Shown: positions 27,932-38,437 of the stretch, in pieces
How the letters are laid out: every line of letters begins with the position of its first letter
How positions within the stretch are numbered: position 1 is the stretch's first letter
Origin: Planctomycetota bacterium
Lineage (GTDB): Bacteria > Planctomycetota > B15-G4
Length of the DNA stretch: 64,000 nt
Reading direction: 5' to 3'
Assembly (NCBI GenBank): GCA_038212275.1
Contig: JBBQUR010000003.1
Span: 64,001-128,000, forward strand
Translations under genes and position numbers: made by a program
The notes under the pieces: generated by a model
What the model was told of the DNA's origin: nothing
What the model saw: the letters and a program-made list of their open reading frames with translations, nothing else
The model's database searches: none

Positions 27932-30298
27932 ATGAGCAGCCGCACCGCACAGCGAGCGCCGCTTGTCGTGGCCGGCGTGCTGCTGCTCGCCGCGTTGCTC
28001 GCGCTGCTGTGGTGGTTGCTTGCCGACTCGCCGCGGGGCGATCGGCCGGAAAGAGCCGCGACGCTGACGGCGCCGGAAGCCGGAGCCGCTCCGGTGCCCT
28101 CGCTTCCCGCGCCCGCGCCCGCGCCGCGCGAGTCGCTGCCCGCGGCGGCATCGCCGGCGGAGGACGCGCCGACGTCTGTAGTCTCGCTCGCGGTGCGGCC
28201 CGCTGGCAGTCTGCTCGTGCGCGTGCGCTGGCCGGACCGGAGCGTCGCGGCCGGCATCGGCGTCGTGGTCATCGACTGGCACCGCCCCAACGCCACGGAG
28301 CAGAGGCTGCACGCCACGACGGATGCGGTGGGCGAAGCGCACTTCCCGCACGTGGCCGCAGGCTCTGTCACAGTGGACCTGGACCGCTGCGAGGGCACGA
28401 CGATCGAGCTGGCCCCCGACGAGGTGCAGCTCGTGGAAATCCTGATCGCCCCTGGCGTCGACATCGAAGGCCGCGTGGTGGACATGCACGGCGAAGGAGT
28501 CGCCGACGCAATCGTCTCGCTGTCGGACTGCTTCGCCTACCTGGACTGGCAGGATATCGCGCGCACCGACGCTGACGGCGGCTTCGTGCTGGTGCATGCG
28601 GCCGCGACGCGTTACGTCTGCGCGCGCGCCGATGGTTTTTCGGCCTCGGACACGTACGCGGTCTTCGACTTCCATAAGGGTGACCCGCTGCAGATCGTGC
28701 TGCGCGCGCCGTGCGGCCAGGTCGTCGGCACGGTGAAGGGCCCCGACGGCTCGGCCGTCGTGGGTGCATTGTTATCGCTGGGCGAGCAAGGCTGGCCTCA
28801 GCCGGGCGGGCCCACAGAGCACGTTCCGATGGGGCCGCTGGGCCGTGATGCCGAGTCCGATGCGGCCGGCGCCTTCCGCTTCGGCAGCGTGCCGCCCGGG
28901 CACACCACGCTCTCGGTCCGCGCCGCCGGTTTCGCACCGCTGACGATGCAGCTCCAGGTGCCCGCGCAGCAGGAGACGCCGGCCGAAGTCGTGCTGTCGC
29001 CAGGCTGCTCCGTGACAGGGCGCGTCACCGACGAGTCGGGGCGCGCTGTGGAAGGCGCGTTGGTCACGGCGAGTCGCAATTGGGTTAGCCCGGGCGTCGC
29101 CACGCTGAGCGACGCGCAGGGTCGCTATCTCCTTCAGGACATCGCGCCGGGCAAGCGCTCGTTGAACGCCTGGCATGAGCGGGCTGGCAAGGTCACGGGG
29201 ACAGTGGCGTGCAGCCTCGACGCGATCGCGGAGTGGAATCCCGTCTTGCAAGCCGGCACGGTGCTGCAGGGGCAGGTGATCGGTCGCGGCGGCGAGCCGG
29301 TGGCCGGCGCGTGGATTTCGCTCAGCCCGTCGGGTGCTGCCGAGAACACGTCAATCTCCTCCGCGACCACCGAGGCGGATGGGAGATTCACGGCACTCAA
29401 CATCAAGGGCGACCCCGTGGATGTTGAGATCAGCGCCGTGCCCGAGCAGGGCCCGCTGGTCACCCTGAAGGACCAGCCACGGTGGTCCGGCCAGCGCGTC
29501 TTCCAGATACCGTGGTCGGCGGATGCTGCCAACGTCGTGCGCGGGCGCATCCCCGAGGCTCGCGGCGCTCTGGGCGCGGAGTTCAGGGCGGCGCTGTCAT
29601 GGAGTGAAGATCGTCCCGGGCTGATCTGCCAAGCGCGCGTCGACGACGACGGCAGCTTCGAGTTGGGCAACCTGCCCGATGGCAGCTTCACATTCAGCGT
29701 GCGGCTCGGCTCCAACGAAATGCTGCAGCGCCCGCTCGTCCTGTCGGGCGGCCGGGTGACCGATCTCGGCGACCTGAAACTGGTGCTGGCCCGGCTCGTC
29801 GTGCGGCCGGTGTTCGTGGACTTTCCACAGGCGCCGGCCATGGAGTCCGTCAGCGTCGAGGTGCGCTCCGCGGGCGGTCCGCCCGCGAGCTGGCGACTCT
29901 TGCCGGAAGGCGATGCCTGGGTCGCTGCAACCATCACCCCCGGCGACTACGACCTGAGTCTCTCGGGTCCTGGCATCGGCTCGGTGAAGAACAAGGTGTC
30001 GGTTCCCGAGGTGGCTGAGCATGAGGTTCACGTGGAGCTGCAGCGCGGCATGAACGTGACCCTCAAGGTGTGCGGCAAGTCCATCGTGGGCTGCGTGGCC
30101 GTGCTGTCCCTGCCGGGCGCGGGGCCCGTCGTGAGGCTGGGCGGGAGGATCGACAGCGACGGCTGCATGCTTTACGACGCCTGCCTTACGCCGGGCCGCT
30201 ATCAGGTCGAACTGCGCTTCATGGGCAATCTGCTGAATGCGCATGCGTTCGACGTGTCCGCGCAACCTCAGCAACTCGTGAGCTGGACGGCGCCGTGA
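27932..30298 (+). CDS. Membrane-anchored carboxypeptidase-regulatory-like (beta-sandwich repeat) protein
   Basis: N-terminal TM; repeated GRVVD..G..V.GA / TDADG.F / PG.Y modules. Confidence 0.8.
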   Translation: MSSRTAQRAPLVVAGVLLLAALLALLWWLLADSPRGDRPERAATLTAPEAGAAPVPSLPAPAPAPRESLPAAASPAEDAPTSVVSLAVRPAGSLLVRVRWPDRSVAAGIGVVVIDWHRPNATEQRLHATTDAVGEAHFPHVAAGSVTVDLDRCEGTTIELAPDEVQLVEILIAPGVDIEGRVVDMHGEGVADAIVSLSDCFAYLDWQDIARTDADGGFVLVHAAATRYVCARADGFSASDTYAVFDFHKGDPLQIVLRAPCGQVVGTVKGPDGSAVVGALLSLGEQGWPQPGGPTEHVPMGPLGRDAESDAAGAFRFGSVPPGHTTLSVRAAGFAPLTMQLQVPAQQETPAEVVLSPGCSVTGRVTDESGRAVEGALVTASRNWVSPGVATLSDAQGRYLLQDIAPGKRSLNAWHERAGKVTGTVACSLDAIAEWNPVLQAGTVLQGQVIGRGGEPVAGAWISLSPSGAAENTSISSATTEADGRFTALNIKGDPVDVEISAVPEQGPLVTLKDQPRWSGQRVFQIPWSADAANVVRGRIPEARGALGAEFRAALSWSEDRPGLICQARVDDDGSFELGNLPDGSFTFSVRLGSNEMLQRPLVLSGGRVTDLGDLKLVLARLVVRPVFVDFPQAPAMESVSVEVRSAGGPPASWRLLPEGDAWVAATITPGDYDLSLSGPGIGSVKNKVSVPEVAEHEVHVELQRGMNVTLKVCGKSIVGCVAVLSLPGAGPVVRLGGRIDSDGCMLYDACLTPGRYQVELRFMGNLLNAHAFDVSAQPQQLVSWTAP

Positions 30299-30323
30299 GG
30301 CCTCCGTCGTCCGGCCGCAGCGC

Positions 30324-30893
30324 TCAGCCCGTAGCAGGCAGCGCGGCCGCGGACGGCAGCGCGACGATGTCCGGCAGGTGGCGAAAGCGTTCGTTCCAGT
30401 CGAGGCCGTAACCGACCACGAAGAGGTCCGGGATGACGAGACCGCGGAAGTCTGCGTCGATCGGCACGGCGCGGCGGCTGGGCTTGTCCAGCAGCGTGGC
30501 GATGCGCACGCTGCCGGGGCCGTGCGACAAGAGCTGCTGGCGCACGAGCGTCAGCGTGCGGCCGGTGTCGAGGATGTCGTCGACGAGCAGCACGTGCTTG
30601 CCGGCGACGTCGGAGGTCGGCGCGAGCAGCAGCTTCAGTTCGCCGGGCGAGGTCGCGTCGCCGCGGTAGCTGCTCGCGAGCACGACGCCGAGGCGCAGCG
30701 GCAGGTCGAGGCGCCGGATGAGATCCGCCGCGAAGACGATGCCGCCGTGCAGCACCGCGATGACGACGAGTTCCTCGCTGCCGTAGACCGCGGAGATCTC
30801 GGCCGCGAGGCGATCAACGGCCGCGGCAATCTCCCGGCCGGTGTAGAGCACCTGACTGCCAGGCGGCAGCTGCGTGAGCGACATGACGCTCAC
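30324..30893 (-). CDS. hpt: Hypoxanthine phosphoribosyltransferase
   Basis: VLLVDDILDTGRTL, LLDKPSRR, FVVGYGLD. Confidence 0.93.
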   Translation of the reverse strand: MSVMSLTQLPPGSQVLYTGREIAAAVDRLAAEISAVYGSEELVVIAVLHGGIVFAADLIRRLDLPLRLGVVLASSYRGDATSPGELKLLLAPTSDVAGKHVLLVDDILDTGRTLTLVRQQLLSHGPGSVRIATLLDKPSRRAVPIDADFRGLVIPDLFVVGYGLDWNERFRHLPDIVALPSAAALPATG

Positions 30894-31912
30894 GGCTTCT
30901 TCGCCCTCGAAACTCCCGCCGCTCCGGCCGCGCCGCCGCCCGGTCCGCCGTACCCGCCATGACCACCGGCAAGGCCAGCACTCTGTCCCGGCACGTAGCC
31001 CTTGCCTGTGCCCGCGCCGCCGCTGAGGTTGCTCCCGCCGCTGGCGGCGACCACGCCCGCGCCGTGCGCGCCCGCGCCCAGCGCCGCGCCGCCCCCGAGT
31101 CGCGGCAGCGCGCCGGCGAGCAGCGCCTGCAGCGTCGCGACATTGGCTGCGCTGCTGCGCAGCACTTCCTCGTGCCGGAGCGGCCGGTCTTCGAGGCCAG
31201 CCGCCATGTTGGTCACGTTGGCCAGGCCTCCGACGCGCATGCCGCGCTGCCGCGCGACGAGCACTTCCGGCACCATGGACATGGACACGACGCGCGCACC
31301 GCAGGCCCGCGCCATGCGCACCTCGGCCGGCGTCTCGTAGGACGGCCCGTGAAAGTGCGCGAGCACGCCGCGGCTGCAGTTCACCTTCGCCAGCACGGCC
31401 GTCTCTTCGAGGATGCGCAGCGCCTCGGGGTCGTAGGCGGCCGTCATGTCGGGGAAGCGCGGTCCGAGGCGCGGGTCCTCGTCGCCGGCCAGCACGTTGA
31501 CGCCCGAGAAGTTGATGTGATCCTCGACGAGCATGATGTCGCCGGGCTTGAGTTCAGCAACCGTGGATCCGACGGCCGACGTGACGAGCAGCGTGTGCAC
31601 GCCGAGCAGCGAGAGCAGCCGCACCGGCATGGCGACCTCCGCGAGCGAGCGGCCCTCGTAGATGTGGATGCGGCCGCAGAGCGCGAGCACCGGCACGCCG
31701 CTCGCACGCCCGTAGAGCAGCGCGCCCGGATGGCCCGCGGTGCGCGTCACCGGCATGCCCGGAATGTCCGCGTACTGCAGATACTGCGGGCGCTCGAGGC
31801 TGTCGAGCGCCTCCGACAGGCCGGAGCCGAGCACGACGCCGATGGGCGCGCGGCCGAGCTTCTCGGCCACGACGTCCGCGGCCCGCGTGAGCATCTCGTA
31901 CTGGGAGACCAC
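30890..31912 (-). CDS. punA: Purine-nucleoside phosphorylase (trimeric type) with Gly-rich tail
   Basis: GVVLGSGL, GRIHIYEG, DHINFSG, GPRFPDM, GPSYETPAE, TNMAAG; GTG 31912 preceded by GGAGG. Confidence 0.88.
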   Translation of the reverse strand: MVSQYEMLTRAADVVAEKLGRAPIGVVLGSGLSEALDSLERPQYLQYADIPGMPVTRTAGHPGALLYGRASGVPVLALCGRIHIYEGRSLAEVAMPVRLLSLLGVHTLLVTSAVGSTVAELKPGDIMLVEDHINFSGVNVLAGDEDPRLGPRFPDMTAAYDPEALRILEETAVLAKVNCSRGVLAHFHGPSYETPAEVRMARACGARVVSMSMVPEVLVARQRGMRVGGLANVTNMAAGLEDRPLRHEEVLRSSAANVATLQALLAGALPRLGGGAALGAGAHGAGVVAASGGSNLSGGAGTGKGYVPGQSAGLAGGHGGYGGPGGGAAGAAGVSRAKKP

Positions 31913-32079
31913 CTGGCGCTGCCTCCGTCCGGGACCACGGGCTGGATCGAGCGCGGGCATGATACCCGGTGGCCGCGACCGCTGGACGCGGGAAGCGGGC
32001 CGATCGCGCGGCTATCATCCGCCGCTCGCGCCCTTCCTGCCTGCGTGCCCCCACGGGAGCACGGGAGACCACCCGCACC

Positions 32080-34053
32080 GTGAAGCAGCCCGACCTGCGC
32101 ACCTTTCTCGACAAGCTCCGCGCTCACGGCGAGCTGCTGACGGTCGAGAGCGAGGTCGACACGGAGCTGGAAATCGCGGCCATCGCCGACCGGGTGAGCC
32201 GGGCGGTGCCGCCGGCCGGCAGTGCGCCCGGGTCTGCCGGAGACGGCAACAAGGCGCTGCTCTTCACCCACGTGAAGGACAGCCGTTTTCCGGTGCTCAT
32301 CAATGCGCTGGGCAGCGAGCGGCGCATGAACCTGGCCTGCGGCGTGGAGCGACGCGAGCAGCTCGAGCACCTCGTCGGAGATTTCCTGGAGCAGATCGAG
32401 AGGCCGCGCACGACGCTGCGCGAAAAGCTCGGCGCGCTGCCGCTGCTCGGGCGGCTGGGCAAGCTCTTTCCGCGCTACCGCGGCAACGGCCCCTGCCAGG
32501 ACGTCGTGCACGAAGGCGACGACGTCGATCTCTTCGAGCTGCCCATCCTCAAGACCTGGCCCGACGACGGCGGCCCCTACGTGACGCTGCCGCTCGTCTT
32601 CACCAAGGACCCGCTCACCGGCGCGCGCAACTGCGGCATGTACCGCCTGCAGCGCTACGACCGGAACACGCTGGGCTTCCATGTGCACACGCACCACACG
32701 GCTGCCGATCACCTGCGCAAATTCGCGGCGCTGGGGCGCGAGAAGATGCCCGTCGCGGTGGCCATCGGCGCCTCGGCCGCCACGGTGTTCGCCGCCGTCG
32801 CGCCGCTGCCCCCGGGCGTGGACGAGCTGCTCTTCGCGGCCTTCCTGCAGGGCACACCCGTGGACCTCGTGCACTGCCGCACCGTGCCGCTCGAGGTGCC
32901 CGCGCGCGCGGAGTTCGTGATCGAGGGCTGGGTCTCCGTGGACGAGAAGCGCCGCGAGGGCCCGTTCGGCGATCACACGGGCTTCTACAGCCTGGCCGAC
33001 GACTATCACGTGCTGCACGTCACCGCGATCACGCACCGCAAGGACGCCATCTGGCACACCACGGTGGTGGGTCCGCCGCCGCAGGAAGACTGCTGGATCG
33101 GCGCCGCGATCGAACGTCTCTTTCTGCCGCTGCAGCGCAAGCTCATGCCCGAAGTCATCGACATGCGCCTGCCCTTCGCGGGCGTGTTCCACAACCTCAT
33201 GCTGCTGAAGATCCGCAAGGACTACCCGGGGCAGGCGCACAAGGCGGCGCACACGGTGTGGGGCCTCGGGCAGGCCATGTTCACCAAGGTGGTGGTCGTC
33301 TTCGACGAGGACGGCCCGGACCTGCGCGACGATACGGCGCTGGTGGGGCTGCTGCTCGCGCGCCTCGATGTCTCGCGCGACCTGGAGTTCGTGCTCGGAC
33401 CGACGGAGACGCTGGACCACGCGAGCCGCGCGCTGCACTTCGGCAGCAAGGTGCTGGTGGATCTCACGCGCGCCTTTCCCGGCGAGCCCGGGCGCCGCGG
33501 CGTGGACCCGCGCGCGGCAGGCGGCTCGATGAGCGGGGCGATGAGCGGCACCATGAGCGGCGCGCCGCGCGAGGTGAACGAGGCCGCGGTGCTCGCCGCG
33601 CTGCGCCAGATTCCCGGCGTGTCCGACGCGGCGATTCTCTTCGGCGGAGCGGTCGTCGTGGCGGTGGAGAAGGTGCGGCCGTCCGTGCCGCGCGTCACGA
33701 TCGAGGCCGTGTGGAACCTCGGCGAGCGTCAGGCCTGCGCGTCGGTGACGGATCGCGTGCTCGTCGTGGACAAGCACGAGCGCCTCGACGACCCGGTGCG
33801 CCTGCTCTGGCTCATGCTCTCGCACATCGACCCCGAGCGCGACGTCGAGCGCGCCAGCAATCCGCGCCCCGATCTCACGCTGCGCATGGACCCGGGCTGG
33901 CACCCGCGCCGCCTCGGCGTGGACGCGACCTCCAAGTCCGCGCTCGACGGTTTTCAGCGCGCGTGGCCCACCGAGCAGCTCCACCCGGAGCGCCTGCTCA
34001 ACAAGATCGCCAACCACTGGTCGTCGATGGGCCTGCCCGGCGAGATGCCGTGA
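32080..34053 (+). CDS. UbiD-family decarboxylase (menaquinone biosynthesis MqnL/SCO4490-like)
   Basis: LPILKTWPDDGGPYVTLP, NCGMYRLQ, EGPFGDHTGFYS, TVVGPPPQED, duplicated C-terminal UbiD module. Confidence 0.88.
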   Translation: MKQPDLRTFLDKLRAHGELLTVESEVDTELEIAAIADRVSRAVPPAGSAPGSAGDGNKALLFTHVKDSRFPVLINALGSERRMNLACGVERREQLEHLVGDFLEQIERPRTTLREKLGALPLLGRLGKLFPRYRGNGPCQDVVHEGDDVDLFELPILKTWPDDGGPYVTLPLVFTKDPLTGARNCGMYRLQRYDRNTLGFHVHTHHTAADHLRKFAALGREKMPVAVAIGASAATVFAAVAPLPPGVDELLFAAFLQGTPVDLVHCRTVPLEVPARAEFVIEGWVSVDEKRREGPFGDHTGFYSLADDYHVLHVTAITHRKDAIWHTTVVGPPPQEDCWIGAAIERLFLPLQRKLMPEVIDMRLPFAGVFHNLMLLKIRKDYPGQAHKAAHTVWGLGQAMFTKVVVVFDEDGPDLRDDTALVGLLLARLDVSRDLEFVLGPTETLDHASRALHFGSKVLVDLTRAFPGEPGRRGVDPRAAGGSMSGAMSGTMSGAPREVNEAAVLAALRQIPGVSDAAILFGGAVVVAVEKVRPSVPRVTIEAVWNLGERQACASVTDRVLVVDKHERLDDPVRLLWLMLSHIDPERDVERASNPRPDLTLRMDPGWHPRRLGVDATSKSALDGFQRAWPTEQLHPERLLNKIANHWSSMGLPGEMP

Positions 34054-34841
34054 GCGCGACGCGGGGCGGATCGGCCGCGCGCCCGTCTCCGGCCGCGCAC
34101 GCCCTGCGGCCGCTGCCTCGCGAGTTCTTCGAGCGGCAGGTGCTGGTCGTCGCGCGGGATCTGCTCGGGCGACTCATCGTGCGCCGCGTCGGACGGACGC
34201 TGCTCGTCGCGCGCATCGTGGAGGTGGAGGCGTACGGCGGGCTGGGCACGGATCCGTCGGCGCACAGTTTCCGCGGCGAGACGCCGCGCTGCCGCGTGAT
34301 GTTCGGGCCGGCGGGACACGCCTACGTGTATTCCACGCACCAGGGCCGCTGCTGCCTCAACGTCTCGGCCGTCGGCGACGCGCGCGGGCAGGCCGTGCTG
34401 CTGCGCGCCGCCGAGCCGCTGCACGGCGAGCAGGCCATGCGCGCCGCGCGCCTCGCCGGCCTCGCCGACGGGCCGACCCGCACGCGCCTGCTCGCCGGCC
34501 GCGCGCCGCACGAACTGCTCTCGGGCCCGGCGCGCCTGTGCACGGCGCTGGGCGTGGACCGCCGCCTCGATGGCGCCGACCTGTGCCGCGACGACGGCCC
34601 GCTCTGGATCGCCGATGCTCTCTCCGGCGCCGACAGCGGTGCGGCGGACGGCTTCGGCCCCGGTGCCGATCCCGGGGCCGCAGTGCGTGCGGTCTGGACG
34701 CCGCGGGTCGGGCTCAATCCGAAGAGCGCGTCCTTCGGCTGGCACTGGCGCAGCTTTCTGGCCGACTCGCGCGCCGTGAGCGCGCCGCGCGGGCTGAGCG
34801 CGGCGACGCGCCGGCCCGCACCGGCCGCCATCCGTCGCTGA
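34050..34841 (+). CDS. DNA-3-methyladenine glycosylase (MPG/AAG family)
   Basis: VARDLLG, IVEVEAY, MFGPAGHAYVY, AVLLRA, GPARLCTALG, TPRVG. Confidence 0.9.
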   Translation: MSATRGGSAARPSPAAHALRPLPREFFERQVLVVARDLLGRLIVRRVGRTLLVARIVEVEAYGGLGTDPSAHSFRGETPRCRVMFGPAGHAYVYSTHQGRCCLNVSAVGDARGQAVLLRAAEPLHGEQAMRAARLAGLADGPTRTRLLAGRAPHELLSGPARLCTALGVDRRLDGADLCRDDGPLWIADALSGADSGAADGFGPGADPGAAVRAVWTPRVGLNPKSASFGWHWRSFLADSRAVSAPRGLSAATRRPAPAAIRR

Positions 34842-34891
34842 CGACCGCTTCGCCAGCAGAGGCTGCGGCCTGTGATATCGTTCGCGGCCTC

Positions 34892-36490
34892 ATGCGCCAG
34901 CGCAGCACGTTCCGGAAGGCCTTGCCGCGGCGACGCAGCGGCCCGAAGTGCGCGGTGCTCATGCTGGCTCTGTGTTTCGCGACCGGCTGTTCGCACCACG
35001 AACCCGCGGCGCCCGGCGAGCACGACGCCGGACAGCCCGCCGGACAGCCCGCCGAGCAGGCCGCCGAGCAGGCCGCCGAGCAGGCCCGCAAGCTGCCCAA
35101 CATCGTCGTCTACCTGGTGGACACGCTGCGCGCGGACCGGCTCGGGATCTACGGCAATGCGCGCGACACTTCGCCGGCCATCGACTCGCTCGCCTCGCAA
35201 GCCGCGGTCTTCGAGCATGCCGCCTCGCAGGCGCCGTGGACGTTGCCCTCGGTGACCAGCCTCTTCACGGGCACGTACCCCAGCACGCACCACGTGGTGA
35301 GCAACTTCGACAAGCTGGGCCTGCAGGCCGAGACGCTGGTCGAGTTCATGCGCGCGCGCGGCTACTACACCGTCGGTTTCGTGGCGAACACGCTGGGCGG
35401 CAAGGGCGGCGGCCTCGACCAGGGTTACGACGACTTCCACGAGCAGCAGTCGGTGCACGACCTGACGGCGGAGCAGGTCGCGGCCGGCGCGCTCTCGATG
35501 CAGCCGCTGTACGACTGGGCCTCGTCATGGGACGGCCGCCAGCCCGTGTTCGTGTACGTGCACACGGTGGAGCCGCACAATCCGTGGAATGGCGCGCCGC
35601 GCAGCCGTGCGCCCTGGTTCACCGGCAGCGAGGCCGACAAGAAGCATCTCAACGACATCCTGCCGGAGCAGCGCGGGCTCATCGCCGCGCGCAACGCCGG
35701 CACGCTCAAGCCCGCCGACGCCGAGCGGCTGGCCGCGCTGGACACCGAGGTCGCGGGCCGCGTGCAGGACGCGATGGATCTTTACGACGGCGACGTGCGC
35801 CAGGCCAGCGACAACTTCCGCCGCCTCATGGGCATCCTCACCGGCTGGCCGAGCTGGGACTCCACGGTGGTGGTGTTCCTGGCGGACCACGGCGACGAGT
35901 TGTACGAGCACGGCAACTGGTTCCACGGCCAGTCGCTGTTCGAGGAAATGATCCACGTGCCGCTCATCCTGCGCATTCCCGGGCTGACCGATGCCGGCGT
36001 GCGCCTGACGCAGCCCGTGTCCGTGATCGACGTGCCGCCGACGCTGGCCGAACTCATCGGCGCGCCGCCGCTCGCGCAATGGCAGGGGACGTCGCTGCTG
36101 CCGCTGCTGCGCGCCGCGCACGACGGCACGACGCCGCCCGAAGCGCCAGCAGTGCTGAGCATGCGCATCAACGTGGATCGCAGGCTGGGCGGCGAGCGCG
36201 GCGACCGCGAGACCGTGCTGCGCAGCGGCGACTGGAAGCTCATCGTGCACTACGACACGAGCCGCGCGAGCCTGTTCGACCTGGCCGCCGATCCGGGCGA
36301 ACAGCACGATCTCTCCGCGGCGGAGCCCGAGCGCCTCAAGGCCATGCTGCTGCAGGTGCAGAAGACGATGCAGACGCTGCCGGCAGGGGACCTGCGCGCG
36401 ACGACGCCCGACGCTCCCGGCATGGACGCGGAGAAGCGCCGGCACCTCGAGGAACTCGGCTACATCGACGGGCAGGGCAAGCCCCGATAG
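34892..36490 (+). CDS. Sulfatase-like (alkaline phosphatase superfamily) lipoprotein
   Basis: PNIVVYLVDTLRAD, APWTLPS, EPH, ADHGD, HG, IHVPLI, LFDLAADPGE, LEELGY. Confidence 0.85.
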   Translation: MRQRSTFRKALPRRRSGPKCAVLMLALCFATGCSHHEPAAPGEHDAGQPAGQPAEQAAEQAAEQARKLPNIVVYLVDTLRADRLGIYGNARDTSPAIDSLASQAAVFEHAASQAPWTLPSVTSLFTGTYPSTHHVVSNFDKLGLQAETLVEFMRARGYYTVGFVANTLGGKGGGLDQGYDDFHEQQSVHDLTAEQVAAGALSMQPLYDWASSWDGRQPVFVYVHTVEPHNPWNGAPRSRAPWFTGSEADKKHLNDILPEQRGLIAARNAGTLKPADAERLAALDTEVAGRVQDAMDLYDGDVRQASDNFRRLMGILTGWPSWDSTVVVFLADHGDELYEHGNWFHGQSLFEEMIHVPLILRIPGLTDAGVRLTQPVSVIDVPPTLAELIGAPPLAQWQGTSLLPLLRAAHDGTTPPEAPAVLSMRINVDRRLGGERGDRETVLRSGDWKLIVHYDTSRASLFDLAADPGEQHDLSAAEPERLKAMLLQVQKTMQTLPAGDLRATTPDAPGMDAEKRRHLEELGYIDGQGKPR

Positions 36491-36594
36491 CGCGGCGGCC
36501 CGACGATCCCGGCACGGCGCAGGCCGCGTCGCGTCGCACCGCGGCCGAGGCTCGCCGGGTGACAGCAGCCGGCCGGCCGGGGCACACTGGGGCG

Positions 36595-37809
36595 ATGTCC
36601 CTGCGCTCCGAGATCAATGCCGACGTGCCCGTGGCGCAGCCCGGCGAATTTGCTCCGCTGCAGCTCTCGCCCTCGCTGCCGATCTGGCCGCCGGTCGTGC
36701 TCGCGCCGATGGCCGGTGTCACCAATCCGCCCTTCCGCGCGCTGTGCCGCCGCCAGGGCGCCGGGCTCTACGTGGCCGAGATGCTGCACGCGCGCGGGCT
36801 CACCGAGGGCAACGCCTCCTCGCTGAAGATCGCCTCCTTCGGCAGCGACGAGGCCGTGCGCTCCGTGCAGATCTTCGGCGCCGACCCGGCCGAGATGGCC
36901 GACGCGACGCGCTACCTCGTGAACGAGCTCGGCGTGCATCACGTCGACATCAACATGGGCTGCCCGGTGCGCAAGGTGACGGTGCGCGGCGGCGGCTCGG
37001 CGTTGTGCGCGCGCCCGGAGCTCATGGCCGCAGTGCTGCGCGCGGTGGTGGCCGCCGCGGGCAGCGTGCCGGTGACGATCAAGGTGCGCCTCGGCCTCGA
37101 TGAGGACCGCATCACCTGGCCCGACGCGCTGGCCGCCGCCTCCGGCGAGGGCGCGCGCTGGATCGGCGTGCACGCCCGCACCGCCGCGCAGCTCTACTCC
37201 GGCCACGCGCGCTGGGAAGAACTGGCGCGCATCAAGGACGCCGCGCGCAGGCTGCCGGCGCCGGACGGCGCTACCGGCGACGGCTTCCCCGTCCTCGGCA
37301 ACGGCGACGTCTGGGAGGCGTGGGATGCGCTGCGCATGCTGCGCCTCACCGGCTGCGACGGCGTCATCATCGGCCGCGGCTGCCTCGGTCGGCCGTGGTT
37401 GTTCCGCGAGCTGGCCGACGTGTTCGACGGCCGCCAGCCGGGCGAGCCGCCGGCGCTGGGCGAGGTGCTCGCCATCCTGCGCGAACACGGCCAGCTCCTC
37501 GCGGAGTTCTTCGGCGAGCGGCACGGCGTGCGCGAGCTGCGCAAGTGGTGCGCCTGGTACACGAAGGGTTTCGAAGGCAGCGCGCGCGTGCGCGACGCGC
37601 TTCAGCGCATCGAAACGCTGGCCGAGATGGACGGCTGGCTCGCGCAGATGGATCCGTCGCTGCCCTTCCCGCGGAGCGCGCTGCGCGTCACCCGCGCCAA
37701 GCGCGGCGGCGCGCAGGACAAGGTGGCGCTCCCGCACGGCTGGCTGGACCTCGCGGAGCGCGAGCGGCGGGAACGGCCGGCGGATGCAGAGTCGGCCAAC
37801 CGCCCGTGA
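36595..37809 (+). CDS. dusB: tRNA-dihydrouridine synthase B
   Basis: LAPMAGVT, DINMGCPVRKV, HARTAAQLYSG, GNGDV, IGRGCLGRPW. Confidence 0.9.
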   Translation: MSLRSEINADVPVAQPGEFAPLQLSPSLPIWPPVVLAPMAGVTNPPFRALCRRQGAGLYVAEMLHARGLTEGNASSLKIASFGSDEAVRSVQIFGADPAEMADATRYLVNELGVHHVDINMGCPVRKVTVRGGGSALCARPELMAAVLRAVVAAAGSVPVTIKVRLGLDEDRITWPDALAAASGEGARWIGVHARTAAQLYSGHARWEELARIKDAARRLPAPDGATGDGFPVLGNGDVWEAWDALRMLRLTGCDGVIIGRGCLGRPWLFRELADVFDGRQPGEPPALGEVLAILREHGQLLAEFFGERHGVRELRKWCAWYTKGFEGSARVRDALQRIETLAEMDGWLAQMDPSLPFPRSALRVTRAKRGGAQDKVALPHGWLDLAERERRERPADAESANRP

Positions 37810-37879
37810 CCGATCCGGCGAGCAGCCGGCGCTCGAGCCGCACTCGGCGCGCCACGCGGCATCTGCAACAATCCCCCGC

Positions 37880-38437
37880 GTGACTCCTGATCCGACGCGA
37901 CTGCCTCCCGACCGGCCCGTGAGCGGCGCGCCCGGCGCGCCGCCGCTCTTCCTGCCCGACGTGGCGTTCCCGCCGTACCGCTTCGTGCCGGGGCACACGA
38001 AGCATCCCTTCGCCCAGGTCGGCGGCTATGCGTATGGCGAGCGGCCGGCGCCGCCGCCCTTCGTCGCGCGCGACGACTGGCGCGCCAACGCCGCGTTTCT
38101 GCGCGGCTGCGACTTCTTCAATCGCGGCTGGTGGTGGGAGGCGCACGAGGCGTGGGAGTCTTTCTGGCATGTGGCCGAGGGGCGCGACCCCGCGCAGCAC
38201 GCGCTGCACAAGGCGCTCATCCAGCTGGCGGCCTCGGCGCTGAACCGCGAGCGCGGGCACGACCGCGGCGCGGACGAACTGCTCGTCACTGCGCTCGGCG
38301 GGCTGCAGCGCGCAGCGCTGGAAGCCGGCGGCGCGCAGCTGCTGGGCCTCGACCTCGACGCGCTGGCCCGCGATGCGCAGCATCACCTCGCCCGACCGAC
38401 CGCCGCGGTGAACGGCTTCTACATCGTCCCGCGCTGA
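37880..38437 (+). CDS. DUF309 family protein
   Basis: FFNRGWWWEAHEAWESFW, ALIQLAA. Confidence 0.8.
   Translation: MTPDPTRLPPDRPVSGAPGAPPLFLPDVAFPPYRFVPGHTKHPFAQVGGYAYGERPAPPPFVARDDWRANAAFLRGCDFFNRGWWWEAHEAWESFWHVAEGRDPAQHALHKALIQLAASALNRERGHDRGADELLVTALGGLQRAALEAGGAQLLGLDLDALARDAQHHLARPTAAVNGFYIVPR

Noticed and set aside
16481..34053. add, PNP and the UbiD/MqnL gene as a futalosine-pathway cluster
   Set aside because: add is about 14 kb away; PNP is coupled to hpt (purine salvage) and divergent from the decarboxylase; no mqnA-E present.
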